Source: an uncultured Spirochaetota bacterium (GTDB lineage Bacteria > Spirochaetota > UBA4802 > UBA5550). From it: 64,000 nucleotides of DNA. The translations under genes and the position numbers were made by a program. Positions 1-10,312 of this stretch are shown here, in pieces. How positions within the stretch are numbered: the first letter of the stretch is position 1; the number at the start of each line of letters is the position of its first letter. Under the pieces are notes generated by a model that saw only the letters and a list, made by a program, of their open reading frames with translations, was not told where the DNA came from and ran no database searches. Location of the stretch: assembly GCA_963827275.1 (NCBI GenBank), contig CAWHAA010000006.1, forward strand, positions 8,961-72,960. Direction: 5' to 3'.

Positions 1-34
1 TTAATAAGATGAAAAGTGCTAATAACTTTTGCAT
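1..34 (-). CDS. 5' end of an ORF running off the left edge; N-terminus MQKLLALFILL looks signal-peptide-like
   Basis: Reverse complement of 1-50 reads AAAGGAG ATGCGTATT ATG CAA AAG TTA TTA GCA CTT TTC ATC TTA TTA. An SD-like AGGAG sits 9 nt before the ATG at 34, and there is an earlier in-frame ATG at 43. Only 11 codons are visible. Confidence 0.25.
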   Translation of the reverse strand, partial: MQKLLALFILL

Positions 35-188
35 AATACGCATCTCCTTTGAATTGAATTTATAAGATATAACGATGTACATCAAAAAGAGTGACACAAA
101 ATTTAAAAAAATTCTTAAAAAATTTGACGGTCGTTAAAAAATATAGTATTTTAGAGAATACTAAAAAACAAAAAGTGAGGATAATAAT

Positions 189-617
189 ATGAAAAAAGGA
201 TGGTTTATAGGGTCGTTAGCGGTTGTTGGAATCTTGATGATCAGCGCCCATCTGTCCGCCCAGAGAATGCACGCGGCACGGTATTATTACGATTCCGCTT
301 CTGTGGTTACCGTCACTGGAGAGGTCACGGCGGTCGAGTCTGCAACGCGCGGGTGGGCGAATTACACGGGCACCCATCTGGTTATCACGACCGGGAACGG
401 ACCGCTCACGGTATACGCGGGTCCTTCATTTTTTCTGGAAGGAAAGATGTCGTTTGCGAAAGGCGACCGTATCGAGGTGACCGGATCGCGGACTGACACC
501 GGCGGAAGGCCCGGCATTGTCGCCAGAGAGATTGCAAAGGGCAATGAAAAGGTGGTAGTGAGGAACAAGGACGGGTCGCCTCTCTGGGCCGGCCAGGGGA
601 GAAGGGGCCGGTGGTAA
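189..617 (+). CDS. Small secreted protein, family not recognised (possible small beta/OB-like domain)
   Basis: 142-aa ORF with a purine-rich SD (GTGAGGA) upstream. Signal peptide MKKGWFIGSLAVVGILMISAHLSAQ. A hairpin terminator follows. The VTVTGEV..THLVITT..GDRIEVTG pattern suggests beta strands. Confidence 0.6.
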   Translation: MKKGWFIGSLAVVGILMISAHLSAQRMHAARYYYDSASVVTVTGEVTAVESATRGWANYTGTHLVITTGNGPLTVYAGPSFFLEGKMSFAKGDRIEVTGSRTDTGGRPGIVAREIAKGNEKVVVRNKDGSPLWAGQGRRGRW

Positions 618-639
618 CGGCATGATGATCAGATATCGC

Positions 640-683
640 GGGCCGCTGCGCAATCACCCTTGTCGCAGCGGCCCTGCTTTTTT
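640..683 (+). terminator. Rho-independent terminator after 189..617
   Basis: Stem GGGCCGCTGCG (640-650) pairs with CGCAGCGGCCC (664-674) and is followed by TGCTTTTTT. Confidence 0.7.
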
Positions 684-911
684 CTGATGAATCCAGACAA
701 TACTCTCGTATCTCTCCGAAATTCAAGTTCTGGTCGCCTGTATCCGTGTTTTCCTCAATACCAGGTGAAAAACTCTTGACACCAACAGTTTTATAAGTGA
801 ATGGTCATTCATTAACTATTCAGCCCGCTGGAGAGGGGCTGTTTGTAACATGCGCTATTAATGCAGGGCTGAGAGTATAAGGCGCTATACCAATCAAATC
901 GAGGCTTAATA

Positions 912-1511
912 ATGGCTGAAAGAAAACCGCGCGCAACCCGGCAGGAATTGATCATCGCCGAGGCCAGCCGCCTGTTCTGGGAGAAGGGGTACGCGGAAAC
1001 CAGCATGAAGGACATCGCGTCCGCCTGCGGCTTCAGGCCGGCAAACATCTACAACTTCTTCGACGGGAAGGAATCCATATTGTACGAGATCCTTCTGCAG
1101 GAGATGGTGGGGATCGTGTCACCCATCGGGCACCTCAAAAATGACGAGGGCGTTGACCCGGTCACGTGCCTGCGCATGCTGGTGGAAAACCACGTGCGGC
1201 TCACGCTCGGCGAAAAGAGCAGGTCCAAGCTCCTTTTTGACGTGGGCCTGAATAATTTAAGCCCGGCGCGCAGGAAAAAGATCATCGCGCTGCGGGACGA
1301 CTATGATGCGATCGGGATCGCGATCGTCCGGCGCGGAAAAAAGGCCGGTGTATTTTCAAAGGACATCGACGAGAAGATAGCGGTCTTCAGCATCGCCTCG
1401 ATTATCGCGCGCTCGAGGATATGGTATTCGCCGAAGGGGAAATATTCTGTCGATGAGATCATAGAATTCATCGTCGCATTTTCCCTGCGCGGACTCGGCG
1501 CCGGCCGCTGA
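912..1511 (+). CDS. TetR/AcrR family transcriptional regulator
   Basis: 199 aa. The N-terminal HTH is typical of TetR (ELIIAEASRLFWEKGYAETSMKDIASACGFRPANIYNFF). It sits upstream of an acyl-CoA metabolism cluster. Confidence 0.85.
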   Translation: MAERKPRATRQELIIAEASRLFWEKGYAETSMKDIASACGFRPANIYNFFDGKESILYEILLQEMVGIVSPIGHLKNDEGVDPVTCLRMLVENHVRLTLGEKSRSKLLFDVGLNNLSPARRKKIIALRDDYDAIGIAIVRRGKKAGVFSKDIDEKIAVFSIASIIARSRIWYSPKGKYSVDEIIEFIVAFSLRGLGAGR

Positions 1512-1543
1512 CGGCCGGTGTACGTGATAAAGGAGGAGTCACG

Positions 1544-2314
1544 GTGAAGTATAGCAACATACTTGTTTCATGTGATAACGGGGTCTGCCATATCGTCCTG
1601 AACAGGCCGAAGGTGCTCAACGCGCTGAACCGCGAGACGGTGTCGGAGCTGCATGACGCGGTCCGGGGCATCGCCGGCAACCCGGCGGTGCGCGCCCTGG
1701 TGATCTCCGGGAGCGAAAAGAATTTCGCCGCGGGCGCCGACATCGCGCCCATGGCGGAGCTCGCGCCGGAACAGGCGCGGGAATTCTGCTTCAACGACGC
1801 ATTCAACGCGGTGGAGGACCTCCCGGTGCCGGTGATCGCGGCGATATCCGGCTTTGCCCTCGGGGGCGGCCTCGAACTCGCCCTTGCCTGTGATTTCAGG
1901 ATCTGCTCCGAGGACGCGAAGCTGGGATCGCCCGAGATCAGGCTCGGGATATTCCCGGGCGCCGGCGGCACGCAGCGCCTGCCGAAGCTCATCGGGATAA
2001 GCCGCGCGAAGGAGATGATCTTCCTGGGGAAAAACATCGACGCCCGGACGGCGCTGTCGTACGGGCTGTGCGACAGGATCGCGCAGGGCGATCCGGTCCC
2101 GGACGCGCTGGCGCTGGCGGCGCAGCTGGCCGCCATGGCGCCCGTGGCCCTGTCGAACGCGAAGCGGGTGATCAACCATGGCATCGGCAGGGACGTGAAG
2201 GAGGGCGTGAAATATGAGGAAGACGCATGGGTTGAGCTGTTTACAACCGAAGACCAGAAGGAGGGCATGAGGGCCTTCCTTGAAAAAAGAAAACCGGTAT
2301 TCAGGGGGAAATAG
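1544..2314 (+). CDS. Enoyl-CoA hydratase/isomerase (crotonase fold)
   Basis: 256 aa with a GTG start shortly after AAGGAGG. Crotonase motifs are present: FAAGADI, AAISGFALGGGLELALACDFRI and PEIRLGIFPGAGGTQRL. Confidence 0.9.
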   Translation: MKYSNILVSCDNGVCHIVLNRPKVLNALNRETVSELHDAVRGIAGNPAVRALVISGSEKNFAAGADIAPMAELAPEQAREFCFNDAFNAVEDLPVPVIAAISGFALGGGLELALACDFRICSEDAKLGSPEIRLGIFPGAGGTQRLPKLIGISRAKEMIFLGKNIDARTALSYGLCDRIAQGDPVPDALALAAQLAAMAPVALSNAKRVINHGIGRDVKEGVKYEEDAWVELFTTEDQKEGMRAFLEKRKPVFRGK

Positions 2315-2316
2315 AT

Positions 2317-4185
2317 ATGGCGTCAAATCCGTTGATCGATTCGCGCGACATGAGGTTCGTGCTGTTCGAGGCGCTGAAGGTGGACGGCCTCGCAGCGCAT
2401 GAAAAATTCTCGATGTTCGACAGGGACATGTTCGAATCGACCCTCGACCTCGCGGAAAAAATTGCGGTCGAGCGGGTCTATCCCGCGAACAGGGCCGCGG
2501 ACAGGACAGGGGCGCGCTATGACCCGGCGACAAAGAACGTGGCGGTGCCGGAAGAGTTCAGGCCGGCAATGGCGTTTTTCAACGAGGCGGGCTTCACCGG
2601 CCTTGCGAATGACCCGGCATGGGGCGGCACGGGGATGCCGGAGACGGTATACCGCGCCGTGATGGAATACTTTTTCGCGGCGAGCATCTCCTTTACCATG
2701 AACGTGTCGCTGCTCGTGGGGGCGACCAACCTGGTGAAGAATTTCGCGCCCGAAGACCAGAAAAAGCTTTATCTGGAAAAGATGGTCTCGGGCGAGTGGG
2801 GCGGGACCATGTGCCTCACGGAGCCGGACGCGGGAAGCGACGTGGGCGCGCTGAAGACCAGGGCCGTGAAGCAGGCGGACGGCACCTACCGGATCACCGG
2901 GCAGAAGATATTCATATCCGCGGGCGAGAACGACCTGTACGAAAACATCATCCACCCGGTGCTGGCCAGGATCGAGGGCGATCCGCCCGGGACGAAGGGC
3001 ATATCGATCTTCCTGGTGCCGAAGTATTTCGCGAACCCTGACGGTACCCTCGGGAAGCGCAACGACGTGGTCTGTTCCGGCATCGAGCACAAGATGGGGA
3101 TCAAGGGATCGCCCACCTGCACCCTGAGCTTCGGCGATAACGGGGCATGCGTGGGCTTCCTGATGGGGAACGAGCGCGAAGGTATGAAGATCATGTTCCA
3201 GATGATGAACGAGGCGCGGCTCGATGTTGCCCTTCAGGGGCTGGCCGTATCGAGCTCCGCGTATTCGCATGCCGTCACGTACGCGAAAAACAGGGTGCAG
3301 GGTGTCCCGCCGGCGAAGAAGGGGGAACGGCCGGGCGCGGGCACGATCGTGAACCACCCCGACGTGAAGCGGATGCTCCTCTGGATGAAGTCGCACGTGG
3401 AGGCGATGCGCATGCTCACCCTGCTTGCCGCCCATTCGACCGATGTCATGCACGCGGCCGCGGGGGAGGAGGCCCGGGAGGCGCAGGCGCTGCTCGAATT
3501 TCTCATCCCGATATGCAAGGCGGGGAACACCGACCTTGCCTGGCTTGTCACCGCTGAAGCGATACAGGTGTATGGCGGGTACGGCTACTGCGGCGATTAC
3601 CCGGTGGAGCAGCTCGCGCGGGACTCGAAGATACTTTCCCTCTACGAGGGGACGAACGGCATACAGTCCATGGACCTGGCGATGCGCAAGCTCCTGATGA
3701 ACCCGGGCATGTACAATTACGGCATATTCAAGAAAAGGATATCAGAGACGATAGAGCGGGCCCGGGGCGCTGTCGATACCGGCTATAGTTCCGCTCTGAG
3801 CAGGGCGGTAGCGAGGATGGATGAGGCGATCGCGCTCCTGGCGAAGTACCGGGATTCCGGCGACATGACGGAAATTTTCGCCCGCGCGACCCCGCTCCAG
3901 CACTGCTTCAGGATGCTCGCCCACGCCTGGATGCACCTCTGGACGCTTTCCCTGTGCGTGCCGAAGCTGCGGGAGATCGCGGGGGACGCGTCAGGGGCGA
4001 AACCCGCGGCCGCGGCGAAGGAGAACCCGGAGGCGGCGTTTTATTACGGGAAAACGCTCTCCTCGCGGTTCTACCTCGGCACGGAGTTCATGAAGTTTTT
4101 CGGCCTGCTCGATTCCGTCATCTCGGGCGAAAGCGCGGTGGAGGAATCGTTCGGTGAGATTTTTACGGGGGCCCTGGAGGCGTAA
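2317..4185 (+). CDS. Long acyl-CoA dehydrogenase (about 620 aa, with C-terminal extension)
   Basis: 622 aa, starting 2 nt after the crotonase stop. ACAD motifs are present: WGGTMCLTEPDAGSD, GQKIFISAGE and LSLYEGTNGIQSMDL. Confidence 0.9.
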   Translation: MASNPLIDSRDMRFVLFEALKVDGLAAHEKFSMFDRDMFESTLDLAEKIAVERVYPANRAADRTGARYDPATKNVAVPEEFRPAMAFFNEAGFTGLANDPAWGGTGMPETVYRAVMEYFFAASISFTMNVSLLVGATNLVKNFAPEDQKKLYLEKMVSGEWGGTMCLTEPDAGSDVGALKTRAVKQADGTYRITGQKIFISAGENDLYENIIHPVLARIEGDPPGTKGISIFLVPKYFANPDGTLGKRNDVVCSGIEHKMGIKGSPTCTLSFGDNGACVGFLMGNEREGMKIMFQMMNEARLDVALQGLAVSSSAYSHAVTYAKNRVQGVPPAKKGERPGAGTIVNHPDVKRMLLWMKSHVEAMRMLTLLAAHSTDVMHAAAGEEAREAQALLEFLIPICKAGNTDLAWLVTAEAIQVYGGYGYCGDYPVEQLARDSKILSLYEGTNGIQSMDLAMRKLLMNPGMYNYGIFKKRISETIERARGAVDTGYSSALSRAVARMDEAIALLAKYRDSGDMTEIFARATPLQHCFRMLAHAWMHLWTLSLCVPKLREIAGDASGAKPAAAAKENPEAAFYYGKTLSSRFYLGTEFMKFFGLLDSVISGESAVEESFGEIFTGALEA

Positions 4186-4360
4186 AGGCGGGGCTATAAC
4201 TATCTCTCCGTCTGAACGCCCCCCAAACCCCCCGGAGGGGGGCTTTGGCATTCTCCCGGTTATGGAAGTCCCCCACCGGGGGATTTAGGGGGGATGCTGG
4301 AATAGGTTCGGTATCTGGTGAAGAATACATCATGCTAAACAATATAATAGGGGGATCGCG

Positions 4361-5805
4361 ATGAAAACACCGCAGGAATACGTCGAGAGCCTGAGGAAGC
4401 TGGACCTGGTCGTGTACATGTTCGGCAAAAAGCTGGACAATGTCGTGGACGACCCGATCATCCGGCCGTCGCTGAACGCGGTCGCCATGACATACTCCCT
4501 GGCCATGGACCCGCGACTACCAGGAGCTCATGACCGCCACCTCGCACCTCACCGGGAATACAGATCAACCGCTTCACCCACATCCACCGGAGCGCGGAGG
4601 ACCTGGTGAAAAAGAGCAAGATGGGCAGGCTCGTGGGCTCCCTCACCGGCTGCTGCTTCCAGCGGTGCGTGGGCATGGACGCGCTCAACGCGCTGTCGAT
4701 GACCACCTATGATATTGACGCGAAATACGGCACCGGCTACAACAAGCGGTTCCTGAAATACCTGGAGTACGTGCAGGAGAACGACCTTGTCTGCGACGGC
4801 GCCATGACCGACCCGAAGGGCGACCGCTCGCTGCCCCCGCACCGGCAGCATGACCCCGACATGTTCCTCCGCGTGGTGGAGGAGCGGAAGGACGGGATCG
4901 TGGTGCGCGGCGCCAAGGCGCACCAGACCGGGGCGGTCAATTCGCACGAGGTGATCGTCATGCCCACCATCACCATGAAGGAGGAGGACCGGGACTACGC
5001 GGTCTCCTTCGCGGTGCCGAGCGACACGAAGGGGATCACCTACATCATGGGGCGCCAGTCGTGCGACACCAGGAAGCTCGAGAACGGGACGATCGACCGG
5101 GGGAACTTCGTGTTCGGCGGCCACGAGGCGCTGATCGTCTTCGACGACGTGTTCGTGCCGTGGGAGCGGGTCTTCATGTTCAGGGAATACGACTTTTCGG
5201 GCCAGCTGGTCGAGCAGTTCGCCTCCTACCACCGCCAGAGCTACGCGTGCAAGGTGGGGGTCGGCGACGTCCTGATCGGCGCGGTCCAGACCGTGGCCGA
5301 GTACAACGGCGCGGAAAAGGCGTCGCACGTGAAGGACAAGATCATCGAGATGAACCAGCTGAACGAGACCCTCTACTGCGGCTGCATCGCCTGCGCGTCG
5401 GAGGGGCACCGCGAGCCGAGCGGCACCTATTACGTCAACACGCTCCTTGCCAACGTGCACAAGCAGAACATCACGCGCTTCCCCTACGAGATCGCGCGCC
5501 TGGCGCAGGACATCGCCGGGGGCATCATGGTGACCTGTCCCTCGGAGGCCGACCTGAAATCGCCGGAGGTGGGCAGGTGGATCAACAAGTACTTCCAGGC
5601 GGTAAAGGCCGTGCCGGCCGAGCACAGAATACGGATACTACGGCTGATCGAAAACCTGACCATGGGCTCCGCGGCGGTCGGGTACCTGACCGAATCGATG
5701 CACGGCGCCGGGTCGCCGCAGGCGCAGCGGATCATGATCGCGCGCCTGGTGGACATGAAGGAGAAGCAGAGGGTCGCGAAAAAGATCGCCGGCATCATCG
5801 AGTGA
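4361..5805 (+). pseudogene. abfD: 4-hydroxybutyryl-CoA dehydratase / vinylacetyl-CoA isomerase (AbfD family), reading frame broken twice near the 5' end
   Basis: Three frames each carry consecutive AbfD-like sequence. 4361-4510 gives MKTPQEYVESLRKLDLVVYMFGKK..MTYSLAMDP. About 4517-4555 gives DYQELMTATSHLTG. From about 4560 on comes INRFTHIHRSAEDLVKK..CFQRCVGMDA..MTDPKGDR..GSPQAQRIMIAR. The pattern implies two single-nt insertions. Confidence 0.85.
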
Positions 5806-6003
5806 GGATAGGCCTGCTTATACGGCAGTTTATATCGGATGGAACCCGGATATGAAATTATGTTTATATTATTTAGCATAATTAAAAATAAAAATTGTTT
5901 ACTTCCATGAGGGGGTAGAGTACTATTAATTAGCTGATTAACATTCATGTACCCGCGTTTGAAAATGGGAGTGCAAAGGTGAACATTCGCTTTTTTAACC
6001 CAG

Positions 6004-7843
6004 GTGGAAAGCTTGAAACTCTCTGATGCGAAGGGAATTCATCCGGGCACGTCAAAATACGATCAGAACCCCGAACGGTCCGGGAGCGATCTATTGATTG
6101 AGCGCTCGCAGATACTTGAGCACATGATCGACGGCGTTATTGTCTTCGATGCATCCGGCACGGTCATAGATGTCAACCCAAGCTATGAAAGGATGAGCCG
6201 CCTGACCAGGCGGCAGGTGATAGGAGAACATGGGCTCGATATCGCAAAAATGACAGTGGACCCGGCGGATTATGACAGGGTGGCGGAAGCATTCAATGCC
6301 GCCGTAAGCGGGTCGCAGATTCCCTCCCTCTCCATACGCTTTTTATACGGAGACGGCCCGTCTGTCCCGGTCATATACTCCACTTCTTTCATAAAGGACG
6401 CTTCCGGCGCCACCAGTGCGATCATCTGCGTGTTAAAAGACGTCAGCGATATCAGGCGTATGGAGGAGGCGTTCAGGGAGAGCGAGGTCCGCTTCCAGTA
6501 CTTTGCTGAATCGATGACTGAGATGCTCTGGATTGTCGATGAGAAAGGCAGATTGATTTACCGGAACCCCCGGTTCGTCGAGTATCTTGGTCCTGAAGAG
6601 CGCATGAACGAGGCGTACATGGAATTCGTCCATCCCGAGGACAGGGGACGCGCCCGGGAAAAATTGACGGCCGTGATCGCCGCCGGCGCCCGGGTTGCCG
6701 ACGACATCTTCCGCATTCGCCGGCATGACGGCCTGTACCGCTGGTTCCTTGCGCGGGCCGTATTGATACGCGGCGCGGACAACCTGATACAACGCATATA
6801 CGGCACGGCAACGGACATCGACGACCTCAAGAATGCGGAGGCGGCCCTCAAGGAGAACCTGGATGTCCTTGCCATGGCCGAGCGCATCGGAAAAATCGGC
6901 AGCTGGAAGCAGAAGCTCCCCGGGAACGAAATGACCATATCTGACGGCGTCCGCGGGATCATGGGGATGCCTCCCGGTGAACCGCTTTCATTTGAAACAG
7001 TGCTGAAGTGCATACACCCGGATGATTTTCCCGGCCTGGAGGGGAAGGTCAGGGACATACTCGAAAAGGGGACCAGGTTTTCAGCGGAATATCGCCTCAA
7101 TCTCCCCGACGGTTCAACCAAGCACATCCTGGGAAATGCGGAAGCGACGCTTGACGAGAGGGGCGCGCCGGTGCTCATACACGGCTCCCTTCAGGATATC
7201 ACCGAGCGCAAGCTGGCGGAGGAGAAGATACGGGCGCTCCTGGCCGAGAAGGAGGTCATCCTCAGGGAGGTGCACCACCGCATCAAGAACAACATGAGCA
7301 CCATGACAAGCCTGCTGGCCCTGCAGGCGAACGTAACGAAGGAGCCTGCCGCAGTCGAGGCGCTGGAAGACGCCGGCAACCGCATGAAGAGCATGGGCGT
7401 GCTGTATGACAAGCTCTATCGCACCGATAACATGCGGGACCTGTCAATCGGGACATATCTCCCGGCCCTCGTTGACGAGATCGTCGCGAACTTCCCGAAC
7501 AGGCACGACGTGCGGGTGGAAAATCGGATCGAGGATTTCACTCTCTCCATCGGCAAACTGTCCCCCGTCGGGATCATCGTGAACGAGCTCGTCACCAACG
7601 CGATGAAGCATGCCTTTGCCGGGAGGAAGGACGGGCTTATCACCGTCGTCGCCGCACTCAGGGACGGCCGGGCGACCATCTCGATCGGGGACAACGGAAG
7701 CGGCATGCGGGATGCGGCCGATATGACCGGCCGCGCCCGGGTTCGGGCTGCAGCTCGTGGGCCTGCTGACAAAGCAGCTGCAGGGCACGCTGCGGATCGA
7801 GCGTGAGAATGGCACGAGGTTCGTGCTTGAATTCGGGATATGA
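6004..7843 (+). pseudogene. Multi-PAS sensor histidine kinase (HisKA_2/HWE-type H-box HHRIKNNM), with a 3' frameshift
   Basis: The 600-aa ORF has PAS-like segments, H-box EVHHRIKNNMSTMTSLLALQ and N-box ELVTNAMKHAF. The G-box/C-terminus (PGFGLQLVGLLTKQLQGTLRIERENGTRFVLEFGI*) continues in another frame from about 7735 to stop 7841-7843. The shift lies in the GCCCGGG run. The GTG start at 6004 is uncertain. Confidence 0.8.
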
Positions 7844-8055
7844 TGCCTGGCAGCGATGCCGCTCTCTCTGCGATTCAGCTCGCCGCGCGTGTTCTCCGCC
7901 GGCCGTTATACCGTTTACTGCCATTGCGTGCGGATAAATATCTTGATTTTATTAGAAATATGTAATATGTTGCACTGTTTTATAAAACAGCGTTAGACCT
8001 GTTTCCGCAATAAGGTCATGCTTTCACGGGTTTGTGATTGTTTATGGAGGGCGTA

Positions 8056-10284
8056 ATGAAAAACATACAGAACGCTTATATACCTGATCGCCGGTCTTTT
8101 CTTTGTCGCGTCCGGACCGGGACCGCTCCTGTCCGCTTCCATGGACATTCAAAAGGTCCTGAAAGATGTAAAACTGTGCCCGCACGCACAGTACCTTGAA
8201 GACAAAACCGGACTGCTTACCATAGACGAGATCTGGGGGGAAGAGCAGGCAGGGAAGTGGATGAAGACGGACAAGAAGTCGCTCGGCTTCGGATTTACCG
8301 CGTCCGTCTATTGGGTCAGGCTCGACCTTGCCAACACGGGCAGGAAGGACGTCGAAATCCTTATCCAGCAGGAATACCCGCTGATCGACTCCCTGGAGAT
8401 GTGGGTTTATTCTGACAGCAGGCCGGCAGAGCATTACGGCACGGGAGACCTGCAGCCATTCGACAGCCGGCCGTATAAAAACCGCACCTTCGTGTTCCCC
8501 GTGCGCATGAAGGCGGGTTCCGATACCCTGATATACCTCAGGTACAAGAGCCAGAGCTCCATGAACATCGTCCTCAGCGCCTGGCGGCCTGCCGATTTCT
8601 CCGAGGTCAGCAGGGTTGATGAGCTTGTCCTGATGCTCTATTACGGCATCATGCTCGCGATGGTGATCTATAACCTGTTCGTGCTGGTTTTTCTCAGGAA
8701 GGCCGAGTACCTCTATTATACCCTTTTCATCTTCGGCTTCCTGATCTTCACCATGACGCAGAACGGCACCGCATTTCAATTTCTCTGGCCATCGTTCCCC
8801 TGGTTCGCCAATTTCTGCATACCGCCGGTGCTGTGCTCTGATGCTCCTGGCCGCCATCCTGTTTTCCATCGGCTATCTCGACATAAAAATGTTCGACCGT
8901 GTCTTTTACCGGATACTCCTTGTCTTGGCGGGAGCTCTCGGTGCTGTTTTTCATCGCCTCGATGTTCCTGCCATACCGGTATTCCATGACCGGCTCGGCG
9001 GCCATGGCGCTCGTTGTCGTGGTGACCACCATCACCGCGGGCGTACGGGTGGCCCTCAGGGGGAACCGGAACGCGCGGCTGTATCTCCTTGCCTTCGGCC
9101 TTTTTCTGCTGGGCAGCTTTGTCTATCTCCTGATGACCTTCGGCGTGCTGCCCACGAGCGTCGTAACCAAATGGTCGCTGCAGGCCGGTTCTGCGGCCAT
9201 GGTCTCCTGCTCCTCTCGATCGCCCTGGCCGAGCGGATACGGAGCACCACCTCGGAGCTCGAAGCCACCAGGGTGCGGCTCGAGCGGCGCACCAGGTCAC
9301 TGGAGGAGATGATGGCATCCGCGAGGAAGCATTTCGTCCGAGCTTTCGCGCATCGGGCTTGACCAGGAGCGTATCAGCCGGTCGTTCTCGGACATGTCCC
9401 AGGAAGAGGCGACCATGAGCGAGCAGATGGCCGCGGCCTTCGAGGAACTGACGGCCGCCATCGATACGATATCAGGACGTCGGGCGACAGCCAGGTCGCC
9501 GAACGGGAACGGGTGAGCGGCGATGGTGCGTGAGCTGCGGGCGACGCAGCAGACGGTCATCTCATTGAGCGGCGATGCGCTCAAGAGCGTGAACGACATA
9601 TCGCGCTCGGCGGACGAGACCGGCGGCAACATGGAGCGGATGGCCAACGTCATCCGCGTCATCGCCGAGGGCGGCCGGACGGTGCGCAACTTCATGTCGG
9701 TCATCGACGATATCACCGACAGGATCAACCTGCTGTCCCTGAACGCTTCCATCGAGGCGGCCCGGGCGGGCGAGGCGGGCAGGGGCTTCGCGGTGGTGGC
9801 CGATGAGATCGGCAAGCTCGCGACCGCCACGGCGGACAATTCCAAGGAGATATCCGGGAAATATCGGGAGCATCATAAGCGACATCGAGAGCAGCCTGAA
9901 GATCATGGAGGACACCCGCAGCTCGATCGAGAAGATATTCGGCGGCGTCAGCCTCATCAGCGGCAGGGTGGAAGCAGTCGCCCGGGAAATGGAAAGCCTC
10001 GGGAAGGTCATCACCGGTATTGTCGACCAGTCGGAGAAGCTCGACGAGCTGACGAAAATCGATCGCTCTCGTCCACCGCGGAGCACAAAACATCGATGGA
10101 AGAGAGCGGCCTGATGGTCATGCGCATAGCCGAGATGGCGTCCACCATGCCAGATTCGACCGGCGAGATCGTGCGGTTTGCCGGCCTCATGCTGGGCAGG
10201 GCCAGGGAGCTGGACGATATGATCCGGGAGAATACGGAAGAGGGGGACCGGGCGGAAGGGCCTGCCGGACCGGCGCTGGCGTGA
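8056..10284 (+). pseudogene. 7TMR-DISM (extracellular DISMED2 + 7TM) fused to a methyl-accepting chemotaxis signalling domain; at least 7 frameshifts
   Basis: ATG 8056 follows GGAGG and encodes a signal-like MKNIQNAYI. The frame then changes about 9 times (near 8080, 8840, 8900-8950, 9190, 9325, 9475, 9515, 9860 and 10065). Pieces seen are DISMED2-like (YWVRLDL..IYLRYKS), 7TM segments, and the MCP hairpin core ([39 protein letters not shown]). Confidence 0.75.
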
Positions 10285-10312
10285 CGTTCCGGCCGCGCGG
10301 CCCGGCGTTATG

